A stretch of DNA of 64,000 nucleotides from Adineta vaga (lineage: Eukaryota > Animalia > Rotifera): contig CP075495.1 of assembly GCA_021613535.1 (NCBI GenBank), positions 5,394,001 to 5,458,000 on the forward strand. Direction: 5' to 3'. A program made the position numbers and the translations under genes. Position 1 is the stretch's first letter. Every line of letters starts with the position of its first letter. Shown here in pieces: positions 41,772-55,423 of this stretch. The notes beneath the pieces were generated by a model. It was not told the origin of the DNA, did no database searches, and saw nothing but the letters and a program-made list of their open reading frames with translations.

Positions 41772-44700
41772 TCAACGTACATCAGTTTGTCCTCTACTAA
41801 CAATTGACATTTTTCGTCCCACAGACATTGTCATCGAATGACATGATGGACTGAACATTTGTGAACGATGTGAAGTAATCACTTTTCGGCAAGTAAGAAT
41901 ACTAACAAAAGCTCGACGAAAAGTTCGACTAAATATCGTATAAATAATTGGATTTGCACCTGATGAACAATAACCAAGCCATGTAGCAATAGATATAAAT
42001 ATTGGATGCATATCCGTAATAAAACATGAAAGGAGATTAATAACAAAAAATGGTGTCCATAAAATGATAAAGATGGAAAAAATAATTAATAAAACACGCA
42101 TGGCTTTACGTTCATTACTAGCCGATGTTTTTGTTAGATTTCGAAATGTTGGATGTTTTTTCGGTGCAGAAGATATTGGTATTGGTGTATTGGTACCAAT
42201 GATTGCTGGTTTGACGTTAGCTGATTGATGAGTAAGACTTGATGAACCTGATGATGAATCTTCAGTATCTAATGAAACCATTTGAAAACTTGCTTGAGAC
42301 ATAACATCATTGAGACGTGGTGGACGTTTTCGTATACCTTTTTGTGACACTGAACCAATCGATGAAGATGTACTTGGACGTTGTGCACGCATAAGACGAG
42401 CTGCTAACATGGATGATGTTATTGAACTAACACTACTTCGTTGTTGCACTGCAGCAAAACTATGCACCGAGGGAACATGATCATCAACAAGTAAAAGTTG
42501 ATGATGCTGTTGTAGCCATGGGTGTTGTTGAATACGAGGAATAGCATTCGGAGCTGGTGGCTGTCCGTATAAATGTTCAATTCGAGGAAAATAACGTTTG
42601 AGATTGGATAATGGAGAAGAATGTAATTGTAATTTTTGTGCAGCTAACATTGGAGTATTCTCTGTTACAGTTACAGCTGATACACAACGTGATCGAACAT
42701 TTGAATTTATGTCAAGAGTTGTCGATGATGTCGTTACTGTAATCCAATCTTTAATACGTTGACATGTTGTATCAAATTTTGATGGTGATGTAAGACGACG
42801 TTTTATAGGTTCAAGATTATAGAGAATATTTAATTTATTTGAATTATTATCATTACTGTTATTATTATTATCATTATTATTAATGGTAGTATTATTGTTG
42901 TTGTTGTTATTCGTATTTAATGGTAAAGTTTGTGTACTATCATGAGTAACAAGAAGATTTGGAATATGTATACCATTACTCATCATTGTTTTATCATCAG
43001 TAGAATCAAATGATGATAATCGAGTGTCTGCACTATGTCTAAGTAAATTGAATAGACTATTTAGTGGTATAATTAGATTTTAGAAATACTTACGATCGTC
43101 CAAATTGATGATGTTGATGTTGATGATGATGATGATTGTTAACAGAGAACATATTAGAATCGACAAGTAGATATGAAGTTGGAATAACAATAGGTTGATT
43201 AATAGCTGATTCAGCAAGTAATTGATCAATGGTTGGTGTTTCATTTGGTATCGTATCAGGTGCACCAGGAACAGAAAGTGATAAACGTTTTCCTGGTATA
43301 CCATCATTACTCATTGCTGCAGATAGTTGTGCTGTGAGTTTGGCTAGTTCTTCACGAATTTTTGCTGAATCTCGTCGTATTTGAAGTATTGTATGTGCAG
43401 ATGAACTTCGTCGTCGGCGACTTTTTCGAGCATTTTCAACCTCAAGTAATGGTGTACAGGAATGAGAACGTTTCGTATGTATATTGAGATTATTTGGTGA
43501 ACCAGGATCTAGATGGCGTGTAGATGAGGGTGATGCTTGTTCAGCTAAATCAAAATAAATTTTAGTTAAGAAAAAATTAAAAAAATTTCGTCTTTGTTTT
43601 TACTAGATTTTTCATCTAAGGGTTGAAGTGGTTTTTCTTTTCGTTTATGCCAAGTAATCGGTGCTAATGGTTCACTTAGACGATGATGTGATATAAATAT
43701 TCGTGTTGATAAACCTTTTTTTCCGAATGAATACTGACTAGATTCCAGTAATGATGTTGCACGTTTTCGTAGACATTGACTTGAATCCGACACGGAACTT
43801 ATTGTTTGATTTTTTTGTTCAGATTTTATTGTGGATGTATTATTTGAAATCTTTTGTTCATCAGTTGAATCATTATTTACAGCTCGTTTCCATCTCATAG
43901 CCATCGTTGCTAAATTAATAACAGCATGCATTTTTTGTCGTCTTGTATAACGATTTTTTTTCGTTGTATGTGCTTGTTGTAATGCACTCATTGTCAAGGC
44001 ATATGTAACAATCATAATAATCAATGGAATAAAAAAGGCAACAAATGAACCATAAATTTTAAAAGTTCGATGAGATGGAAAACACGCACGTGTTGCTTCA
44101 TTATATACATTCGTTGGATCAACTAATCCAAGAATAAATAGTGGTAAACAGATACCAAATGATATTAACCTATAGATATATTTCTGCATTTAAAGAATAT
44201 ATCATGAGAATAGTTCCTACCATATTGTAATAATTTTATAAGCCATTAAACTTCGTCGTTTATTTCGTCCGTATTTTAAAGGATATCTCAATGTGAGATA
44301 ACGATCGAGTGACATAACACTAAAATATTCAAATGAAATTAAATGAAAAAAAACAAGAATGAAAGAGAGTTTTCAGTTTACCTCATATGCCATATCGATG
44401 ATGTACTACAACAAACATCGAAGGTTAACCATACATTACAAGCTAAAGCATTGAATGGAAAATGACCAATCAGTTCAATAGTAACAGCAATTGGCATAAC
44501 AAGACATGCCACAAGACAATCAGTAAATGCAAGTGATGTTAGAAAATAATTTGTTGTATTTTGTAAATGTCTTTCACGTATAACAGCAATACATACAAGA
44601 CTATTGCCAAATACAGTAAATAGAATAACTAAAAAAAACATATCATTTGAGATTTCATATAATTGAAACATTATTTATCATCGTTGGTTTTTTGAGAAGA

Positions 44701-45120
44701 TTTTAACTCATTTTTTCGATGATTATTATTATTATTATTATTGTACATTCGAACATCTATTAATGACTAACAGATATTAAGTAAAAATAGGTCTGATTAA
44801 GATTATTTTCTTGCTATTATTACATGAAAATATTTCTTTTACTACTATAAATAACAAATGGCACGCGATATGAAATAATACTAGACAACTAAAAATAAAT
44901 TTCTTCATGTCTAAAAAAGCGTCTAAATGGAACATCTGTTACTCTTTTTAGATCAATAAGATTATTATTACTTACTTGTAACCAATGGTAAGCTAGCCCA
45001 GACTGGTTCAATATAAACTGAATATTGTGAACTATTATGATGATCAATCGGTAAATGGTGTCCGTTTCGTGTTTCATTGATCATTGCAGATGAAAGCCAC
45101 TGTTTTGTCGTTACTAACAT
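41772..45120 (-). CDS. Class A aminergic GPCR, 5-HT2-like serotonin receptor, with very long third intracellular loop
   Basis: GNSLVC; NYFLTSLAFTD; FDVCCSTSSIWHM; SLDRY; YGSFVAFFIP; NERKAMRVL; WTPFF; WLGYCSSGANPIIY; first exon MLVTTKQW..INETR. Confidence 0.9.
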
Positions 45121-46436
45121 AGGTTATTCTTTTCTATAATGAAACGAATAAATACGTATGAGAAAGACAATAATATGAACGGATGTAGGCACAACAAGTC
45201 TAGTATGAGACTTGACTATGTCCGGATGTCCGTGTCAACATCAATCGTTGCTTTTGACAAAAGGAAATAACGAGAAGATAAAGAAAGCAAGCAAGTCAAA
45301 TAAAGAATGTTTTCCAATGGTATCCAAGTAGGAGAAAAAAAGTACAAAAATATATGTTTACTTAGGTGGAAACTTTCTTTTGATGTTCCAGAAAAAAAAA
45401 CGAAGACTTTTTTTAACAACCACTCAAACAACCCATATATCTAATGATTTCTATACTTATTCCATGATAACTGTTGTCTATATTTCATTTGTATAAATAT
45501 CAAGATCGTATGAAACCTAAACATGCTAATATACTTTTAAATCTTTTTCTTTCTCTCTTGCTCTCTTTATGACGAATTTAATTTACATCTAAGAAAAACA
45601 ATGATAATAGCAAAGGGCTTCCCGATGGTGTTTCACCAACGTCAAGGACATTAGCCGCCGGCAATATCTTCATCGAAACATCGGCAAATTATCTGCTATC
45701 TTCTTCCGTTTACCCTTCTCTTTTTCATTTCGATGAGAAATGAGAGCGTGACAAGCACAACGGAGGATCCTTTCTTAACAGGAGAAGGAAAAGAGACAGC
45801 GAACATTAGAACGAAGACATAGACGAAGCAGAAGAAGAAGAAAGAGAAAAAGAGAGAGAGGAACTAACTTGAAAATTGAGATTTTATCAATGACACTCGC
45901 TAACTGAATAAGAGCGTTAGTAAAAAAAAAGGAAACATACTCACTTGCGTGATAATCTTATTTCTGACTCCATCAGTTAGAAACTTACATAGATATGAAC
46001 GAAGAAGGACAGCTAGAAGATTATTACGTCGTATCACCACCACCATCATCAACACTTGGAAATGAAGATAGAAAAAAATGCTTATATATATACATTCATA
46101 TATATGCGCAATTCTATCAGTTGTCTTGCGTAACTAGCCAGCCGTAGCGTATGAGAAATCGGACGCTTCTGAATCGTAACATCCGATCATGGAATAAAGG
46201 AAATAGGAGATGAAGAAGAACGAGGGAAGAGGGAGAAGAAGAAGAAGAAGAAGACTACTGATAAATTCACTTATCACGACTAGTAGTGTTTGTTCGGGGT
46301 CGTCGCGTCGCCGCCTGACAATTTATTTCTATGTTTCATCATTGTTTATAATATCGGGCATAATGTCTAAAGGACACAATGCGAATGTGACAAATGATAG
46401 GCTTTCACTACGTATATAATCCATAGACATTCATGG

Positions 46437-47204
46437 CTAGCGATATCGACTTTGAAAAGTGGGATATCGTGTCATATTGTTTGCAGTACATGTCAAATGT
46501 AAAGCCATTATACAGGCTAAAGCACCTAAACCTATCAAAATGGCATTGATAACAATAATCGCAACGAAATTTTGATGAAGATCATCTTTCATTTTTATAT
46601 CACATAATAATTTTGTTTGATTTTGATCTTTACAAAAGTCAATCTCTTGAAAGATTTTCTTTGGTTCATTTCTTTCTTTAAAACCACAACATTGTGTTTT
46701 AACGAAACTAGAATAAAAATCGAATACGTACAAATTTATTTCAAATCCTATTCTACTTAAGAAGTACTTACAAATCACGTGCTATTTTAACAGTTTTTTC
46801 ATCATTCAATAATTTTGGATTTGTAGCATATTGTTCATAATTATTAACAGCATTTGTAATCACCCAATTTTTCTTTATACAAAGTAAGATCAGACTAGTT
46901 AAAAGTATTAGTGTGATAAGACCAACAACAATGATATAGATAGATAAAGCTTAAAAGAAGATATTCATAAGACATCAATATTTTCTAATTATTACGAACC
47001 ACATTTTGATTGTTGAAGTGTGCCGATCAATCCCAAAAGACCAATGAATGTAACAAAAAAAGCAAGTATGATAACACCGATTATCACTTGAATTGACTCG
47101 TATTTATTATAGATATAAAAGCTCAACACGATTAAGGCGATGCCAAATATGATTAACAGACTGTTGAGCAAGGATAAGAATGTTTTTGAACATCCAGAAG
47201 CCAT
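46437..47204 (-). CDS. Tetraspanin, 3 exons
   Basis: Four TM segments, FIGLLGLIG, CCG motif plus two downstream Cys in the large loop. Confidence 0.8.
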
Positions 47205-49217
47205 TTGCTTAATACTTAGAGTAAAAAGCGCCAATTATATATCATTTTCTCTAATGTAGTCTACTTAGCTACATTATATGAGAATCAAATAGCACAACAC
47301 AAAAAAAAGAAAGAAGACGAATAATGTTCTCCCAAATCTTTTCTTGTCTGAACCTTGACACAGACCTATCGTACTAGACTTATTATAAAAAAAGCGATAT
47401 CTAATTTGCATTTGTTTACTATATGGAATGATGACATTGTTTGTATACATCATACCGAAGGACAAATATGTAACTAAGCCAAGACAGTAGGAAAAAAATT
47501 GGGCGATTTGTCTAATAGAAAAGTCTGTTACTAATATGAACACTTTTTTCCTGTCTATTCTAGGAAAAGAGAAATCTCGTCATAACACAATACTAGTTGA
47601 TAGTGCACTTGTCCTGTTCAATGACAGTTCGGTCGGTGATGAAAAGTAAACGAATAAGAAGACGAAGGAAACAGAAAGCAAGAAAAACGATCATGGATAA
47701 CTATAAACCACTACATAGATAGATAATAATGATAGCTATATTACTGAAATCTATCTTGATTATTATGTATAGTACAAGAGTAAATGAGAGTCATAAAATT
47801 ACATTGATAATAATCATAAGACATACCAGAATTGATAAGACAACGATAGTTTCTTTTCTTCTGAATAATGCTCAATACTGCTTGATTATGAATCTAGGGG
47901 TCTTTTTTTATCAGCAAAGAAGAAAGAAAAGAAGAGACCAACTATTTATGTGATTATGCTATCTATTTCTTCACTTAATTAGTAAAATTTACTTATCCAA
48001 CTGCTAGTTCTCAACATTAAAATAATGATGAGCAGAACTTAATGATTCTCAATTGACACTCAAATGTTCTCGTTGTACAAGGATCAAACTTACATCTTAA
48101 CGTCCGGTAGACAAGACAAGAGAATGAAGAGAAAAAAATGTCATGAATCTCATCGACATCGAAGGAAAAGAAAAGTAGAGAGGAAACGTAATAGACACGG
48201 CACATTAACCAGAGAAAACAGTATAATTCTGATTGTATGCAATGCTCAAATGCACATGCGAAGGTAAATGAGCATAGGCGGTAACATACACATACATAAA
48301 AGGAATAATATTTATGTCAGTTATGTTGTCTTCGTTTTTTTTCCCTCATTTTGTTGTTGTTGATTCTGTCATTGTCGAGTATATATTCTATGATCAAAAA
48401 AGACAGATTAATGTATTAAGCTTTCATTTCCTTTTCTACGTTTTATTATATTTTGAGTATATCTATAAGAATAAGTTATTTTCTTCTACTTTCTAAACGA
48501 ATCGACTTGATTATCTTACGTGTTTTTCTTCTATTTCTGCCATCAATTCTCATTGTATGATCATATACATATGTAACTCGAAGATGTTGTCAGAAGAACG
48601 CGAGGGTCAGCTGTGTGTATGTATGATAGTTGATAATTAGGCGATCGATGAGAAAAAGAAAAAGTGTGTGTTGAAATATTGAGCGATATCTTTGTCCTTA
48701 TATAGATAAATATACCTTTGAAGAGTCTTTTTCTTTCTTTCACGCTTCTCTTCCAAATTGAAAAAAAATGATAACTTCCTGTTCAATATTATATAACGAA
48801 CGATCGTGAAACATAATAAAGAGGATATACATTCATATACATCGATATGTATATAGAGAAGAAGAAAGCGAGAAAAAAAACGATTTCAAGGCCTATAGTT
48901 CATATACTAAATGCTTGAATGTAGACAATGAGATATAAAGATCGCATGAGATGAAAGCTAGAAATGATTTTTTTTCACGCATGAAAAACAATAATCTGTT
49001 ATTTAAATAAGAGGAAAAAATTAATGATGAACTTGAAATTATGCATACTCGATGGTTGTTCATTTGTTACTTAAAAGGAAAAATATATAGACAAATTATT
49101 GACGCTTTAATACAAATAAGCTAAAAAACATAAAATCTAAAAGTTCACATAGACAACAAAAAAAAACAAACGAAAACATTAATTATTTGTTCCTGAGTCA
49201 TTATTGTTGTAAAAATG

Positions 49218-50269
49218 TTAGGCATTTCGTACAACAGGACCAACAAGTGATCTTCCAGTAAGATTAACTAAAGGTGCATACCCTGATTGAACAACCGGAG
49301 CAGCTCTATAATAAGCGGGTGTTACATAAGTTGGACCACCAGCAGCTGGAAGAACTGAAGGCTGTGGAAGTGCACCAACAACTGTACGTCGTACTACTAC
49401 TGGACCACCATAATATCGAGGCATACGTTGAGCAATATATTGTGACAATAAAGACGGTTGTGCTACGCCAACAGCTGGATATTGATATGGAGCTGTTGGC
49501 ATTACACCCATCGGATAATATGGAGGTCGTGCTGCATAAGGCATACCACGTAAGACATTATAAGGTGCAAGTTGTTGATGACCACTACGAATTGTACTTC
49601 GTGATGCTATATTACCAAAACCAAAACGATTATATAGAACACCAGCAATAATGAGAAAAAGCATGGCTACAAATGCCAATACAATTGTTGCAATCATAAG
49701 TCCAAAACCATAACGTTTTCCATAACTACTATCACCTCTTGATGAAGAAAGATTATTTGATTCTCGAGCGAAAATAGGTACACCAATAACAATAAAAAGA
49801 AAAGCTAGAAAAGCTAAACCACCAGCTAAAAAAGTTAATAAAGGAAGAACTAAAGCAAATATAGCTGCAACAAGACCAAGAGAAAGGAATATCATCCCAG
49901 TAGTAATAAGACCATCCGTTGTAGAAATAAAACTCGGCCGAGTACCATTAAATATTTGATCAGCAGCATCTGACCAACGTCTACAAACAGTACTACTAAC
50001 AGTTGACGTTGTTGATTGACAATATGCCCAAAGACCATAGTATTCTTCTACTGTTGATGAATTATAACGACGAAGTTCATGCCAATCAGGTACACCAAAA
50101 CCAATCCAACCTAATATATAATAAATGTATGATTCATAAAATGATATTTTTTTTTCTTTGAAAAATATCTACCTAGAATAAAACCAATCAATGCAAGTAT
50201 AATACCAATAATTAAAAGGATTTTCCAAATTCCAGGACGACGTATGCCAGTAGCAGCCGCCGTTGCCAT
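49218..50269 (-). CDS. Claudin/PMP22-like four-TM protein with long P/Y/V-rich tail, 2 exons
   Basis: PDW...YYGLWAYC..C first-loop signature; four hydrophobic segments; YGFGL before TM4. Confidence 0.78.
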
Positions 50270-51762
50270 ATCAATTAGTTGAAAAAATGGATCGGAATAT
50301 CTAAAGCATATAATATTATACTGCAATGTATTGTAGTTTTCGTTGTACGTTTTCTTTTGCGTCTCTCTAATTAGGGACGAAAAAAAAAGAGGAAAAAATA
50401 GTGATTCGAGTCAACGATCGAACGAATTGAATATCATGTCAATACAAAAACAACACTGAAACTTATGACACATAGCGGCTACATGTGAAACTATCGATGC
50501 ATGCCGAATGCAGCAAAACATCAAAACAAATATTATATTAAAAGATTTTAAGTCCTAGGAAATGATTGGTTAAAGTTCAAAACATTTACATGTGATTTAA
50601 TCTAAGGTACACAGAACAGATGTGTGTTTTATTAGGAAGAAATCAAACTTTTCTAGACTTTGCTATTCTACAGGAAATACAGTATCATCTTAGTATTTTC
50701 ATTTCATCCGTTTATGATTCACTCATAACATCGGCAATTGGTGATGACCTTGAGTATTACGAAATTTTTATAAATCAATGATTCATTACATAAAAAGATA
50801 AAATAAAATTGAGGAATAATCAGTTGACTTTTTTTTCTTCCTATGAAACTTTTCAATGAGTACAAACAAATCGATTCTGCTTCTTAATTGTAATCAATAA
50901 CTTCAAATTATTATTTCAAGCTATCAACACTGAACAAGGTTAGTATTTAATGGTAAATATGTCTGTTACAATACCAATTATCAAGTATTATTTTTCAATG
51001 ATTATAGAAAATTTGAAATCTATTTTCATATAGATACAATGAACTATATAGTCGATCAATAGGCATTATTGTTCTTCAGAATATATTCTTTTATGTGTTA
51101 ATGACCATGAAATGTATACTAATGTTTCAACATGATGTATAATTTATGGATTCTCATCAATCAAGTTTTTATTCAGTAAACTGTTTCCAGCTGTCTGCTG
51201 TTCTTCATTTCAGGCTTAGATAGACATACATGGGATATGCTGGTTTATTTAATCAAACGATGAAATCTTGTAATCTATGATTTTATCTCATCTATTAATT
51301 GATTTTACTTTCACTTTTGTTTTTGTTTATATGAAATATTAATCAAAATTAATAGATCAAAATGACTTCTATAAGACATATACTATTCAAAAGAAAAACT
51401 TATGAACTCGAATTCAACTTAGGTCATTCTCTTCATTTACTCGTCTTTTTCCGCATCATTAGAGTAATGATGAGGAATACAATCACGTACGTAATATTAA
51501 TATGTAATGGAAAACAAAATCAGCAAATCGAAAAGATATTTTTATGATTCTATTTTATACGGTTGTCATTACCTTGTATGAAGTATCATTATATCTTTTG
51601 AGTTGACTACTGTATTTTAACGCCATCTACAATTTTCTAATAGTTTGTCTTGTAACCAATACTGTTCTGGTGTGTCGCGTTAGTTGTTGAGTAAGAAAAA
51701 GAAAAACAGATAAGTAGAGTAAAACTAAAAAGATTAAACAACATTTTTTTTGACAATATACA

Positions 51763-52303
51763 ATGGAAAATCGTCGACAAGCGCGTATTCATAGGTAGAG
51801 TTCATCATTTATACGACTTTTGTTTTTTGATTCAATTGATGAGATTTTTTCAAGATTTCGACCGGCATTAATCACTCAAGTTGATGATGCTTTACCAGAA
51901 TATATGAATTTAATCGGTATGATTTGTTCTATGTGTGCATTAATGCTCAAGGTAAATTATAAAGAAGACTTTTTTTCTAAGTATAACATTTTTTTTAAAA
52001 TAAATTTCAGATCAAATGGTGCGCTTGGATTGCAATTTTTGCTGGTAAGAAAGTTTTTTTCTTTTGCAATAGAATCTATAAAGATTGTTACATTTAGCTA
52101 TTGTTGGATTTGCTAACTCACGAGCATCTGAAGATACTAAACAAGTACTCAGTAGTCTTATGTAAGTATTTATTCAAATGAATTCTGATCATGAAAAATA
52201 ATACAAGAATTTTTCTCTTCCCATCTCTAGGCTATCAATATCTGCAGTTGTTATAACATATATGCAAAATCCAACACCAATGACGATTCCATTTATGAAC
52301 TAG
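51763..52303 (+). CDS. WDR83OS: PAT complex subunit Asterix (PAT10), 5 exons
   Basis: PEYMNLIGMICSMCALMLK|IKWCAW; FANSRASEDTKQVLSSLM|LSISAVVITYMQNPTPM. Confidence 0.92.
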
Positions 52304-52371
52304 CATGCTCATTTTCTATTTGTTTTTTAAATTTCGAATGAAAGAGAAAAACAAGTGAATTCTTTTATTAG

Positions 52372-53420
52372 TTATTCATCTTTATTATAATTAATTGGTT
52401 CACCTAGAAATATAGTTGATGACAAAATATTTGTTAAAGTATTTTGAAGATCACGTTGTAAAATTTCATTAGTTGAACGCAATATATTAACATTTTTCTT
52501 TAATAAACGTTGTTCAGCACTTTGTTCATGTTCATTATCATAGAATAATGCTTTACTCAATTTTTCAAAGTGATTCGATTCAGTTTCAAGTTCGTCTTGT
52601 AATTGTCGACAATCACTTTCTAATTCTTTAATAGCATATTCATACTTTTGTTTTTCTTCTGTTTTACATAGATATTGTCTTAAACCATATGCCATCCCAC
52701 TGGAATAAACTTCTTCGTACGTATTCATCCATTGAAGAAATTCATTTTTAATACGAGCAAGTAGAAGACCTCGTTCCGAGCATTGTAATGTTATCGTACG
52801 AATTAATTCATCAAATAGATCATTATAGATTCGACGACGTTTAGGACATAAACCAATTTCTAAAGCTTCTTCTTTATATAACATAACATCGAAACGTTCT
52901 TGCAATTGACTAAGATCATATTGTGTACTTGGAATAGTTGATGGAAGAAAAATTTCTTCATCTTGTTGACCCATTGCTAATTGCTTTTTACAATAGATAT
53001 CTGCGTAAATAGGAAATAAACAAAGAAATGTTGAATCGTTGTCTATTTTCGATGTGAAGAGATCATTTTTGATTTGTTGATAAATACTATCAGAAACATA
53101 GAATAATGTCGGATGCCAAATCGTATCGTTATTTTTTAAATGTAATTTACATTGTTGACCAAAGATATCATATTCAAGAACAATATCTTAAAAAGAAACA
53201 TTAAAAATTGGCTTTTTTTTTTCTTTTGAAAATCTATACCTTCATTTTCTTCTCTATCTTGTACAGAATAAATGATAGGTGGTAATCGATGATATCTTTT
53301 TCGTATTCGTAATAGTGTTTGTAATGTTGGACGAGAAATTTTTGAACCTTTAGTATATTTTAATAGACGATTTTTGGGATGATTTTCTTGTTGAATATTC
53401 CAATAATAGGATTGTGCCAT
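52372..53420 (-). CDS. Axonemal dynein light chain p28 (DNALI1-like) domain protein
   Basis: GLCPKRRRIYNDLFDELIRTITLQCSERGLLLARIKNE; YSSGMAYGLR; upstream exon(s) from 53420, structure approximate. Confidence 0.8.
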
Positions 53421-53645
53421 GAGAATTTATCAGTCGTTAATGATGTCGTTTAAGGAATAATGAAGAAAAATAAGTACGAACAATCGTCAACAATCATTTC
53501 TCTTTTATTCGGCAAGATTTTCTCTCGATTGTATGCAACATGTTCAATTAACTTTTTCTTTCTTCGTTTAGAACCTTGTCAATTTAATATTGATGAGAAT
53601 TTTTGACAGATGGAGAAAAAGCTTACGATTTTTTTCTCTTTCTAG

Positions 53646-53987
53646 ATGTCGACAACAAATCACATTGAAAAGAACGATAAATATGCTGAAGAATTAGCAG
53701 AACTTAATAAAATCTTTGCAAATCGTTATCAAGAAACAGATGACGAATTTCGTAAAATGACTCAACGTTCATTCAGTCCACCAATTATGGATGATTGGAC
53801 TTGGGATAGAAATCCTGAACGAACATCACGATTCAATAATGATAATCAACAAGGGCATTATACAAATTTTCATCGAGGCCGTCGAAATCATTCCAACTAT
53901 GACTATCATAATCATCCACATCCACCATATAATGCTCGGAATGATCGAAAACGAAGTCGAAGCCCTCGACATCGTGATTTACCTTGA
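53646..53987 (+). CDS. RAMAC: RNMT-activating mini-protein (RAM/FAM103A1-like)
   Basis: IFANRYQETDDEF...SPPIMDDW followed by an N/R-rich region. Confidence 0.75.
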   Translation: MSTTNHIEKNDKYAEELAELNKIFANRYQETDDEFRKMTQRSFSPPIMDDWTWDRNPERTSRFNNDNQQGHYTNFHRGRRNHSNYDYHNHPHPPYNARNDRKRSRSPRHRDLP

Positions 53988-54100
53988 TAAAACTGTGTAA
54001 ACTAATGAATAAATAAAAAATAAAATTGCTTGTTTATTTTATTTACTAGCATAAAAAAATACATATATATATATAAATAGATCACATTAAACTTTCTTTT

Positions 54101-55176
54101 TTACTGTAAATAATTTCGACTAAACACACCAGGTCGAAGACTAGTACAGAACATAACTGGTGATATATCTTTGTCTCTTTTATAAAGTTGTGGTAACCAG
54201 AGATTATGAATTTCGTCAACTCGCTTTTTCCATTCATCATTTGCTTTCTCATTTACTTGAACACCAATGGTTGTGCCGAATTCTCGAAACGCTAATCGTC
54301 GATTTAATGATTCTCGAAAATCTCCATTTTGCCATAGTTCTTCTAATGCTTGTAATGATTTAGATGTTATTGTTTTCGCCCATTGTTCATTGGAATACCA
54401 ATGTGTAATCCATAATGCTTCACCTAAATCTAATGGATCTGATGAACGATAACGTGAATATTTGGCATCGACCATTGTTTTCATATCGGCAATTTCGTTT
54501 TCTAATTCTCGTTCTGTGGTCATTTCATCAACCAATCGATACGTTATATAACCATCATAGGGATCAAGATTTCCTTCCGAAGGTACAGCAGGATATGATA
54601 AATCAATACTCATTTTCCAATACATATGAAGTTGATTATTATTATCCCGATAAACAAAATGTGGATGAATTGCTTTAATAAGATCAATAGCCCATCGTAC
54701 ATAACGTTGATCATTCTTTACCTTTGCCATACGACTTAAAGCAAATGCCCATTTTGTCAAATAATGAAAATATTCTAAAATTTAATATAGATGATTATAT
54801 TATCTTATTTTTTGAAGAGATTAGCGGATAACTTACGTCCATCACCATCATATGATCCTTCATCATCAGTTTTACCAATTCGTAATCCTCCACGTGTGGG
54901 ATGCTCATCCGTAGCTGTTCCTAAACGTTTTTTTCCATTTCGTTCACGGCCAAGAACATCATGTACATTGTTAACAAGTTCATCTGCTTGTTCAAGATAT
55001 TGATTATCATTTGTTTCACGATATAATGTCAGATAATTACAAACACCATATGCATCAGTCCATAAATAACGACTTTTATTATCGGCATAAGCTTTCGGTA
55101 TCCAATTGCCTTTCACATATGTACCATAAACAGTTTCAACTATTTTTAATATTTGTTCAAGAACGGACTTTTCCAT
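54101..55176 (-). CDS. Conserved hypothetical protein of microbial (fungal/prokaryotic) type, 2 exons
   Basis: RYLWTDAYGVCNYLTL; VHDVLGR; GGLRIGK; spliced DGDGQYFHYLTKWAFAL; WKMSIDLS; GNLDPYDG; DPLDLG; RLAFREFG. Confidence 0.8.
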
Positions 55177-55423
55177 AGATTAAATTTCTAAAATAAACAA
55201 ACCAAGAAGACGATAGACTTATCAAATTAGTGTATGGAAGATTTTTTTATCATAAATCATAAAATACTTGATCTAACGCGAAACTGACTGTTTCTACTAC
55301 TGAAAGCCGATTGGATGTTTGAACTAAACCAACGAGAAAGTGAGTCAATAAAATTTTTTGATAATATGCTTTTGTAATCTTTCAAGTAAAATAATATATT
55401 TCGATTCAGTACCGATAACAAGA

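Noticed and set aside
48561-48627. Possible miRNA-like hairpin
   Set aside because: Pairing relies on low-complexity TA/TG runs and is weak in the middle
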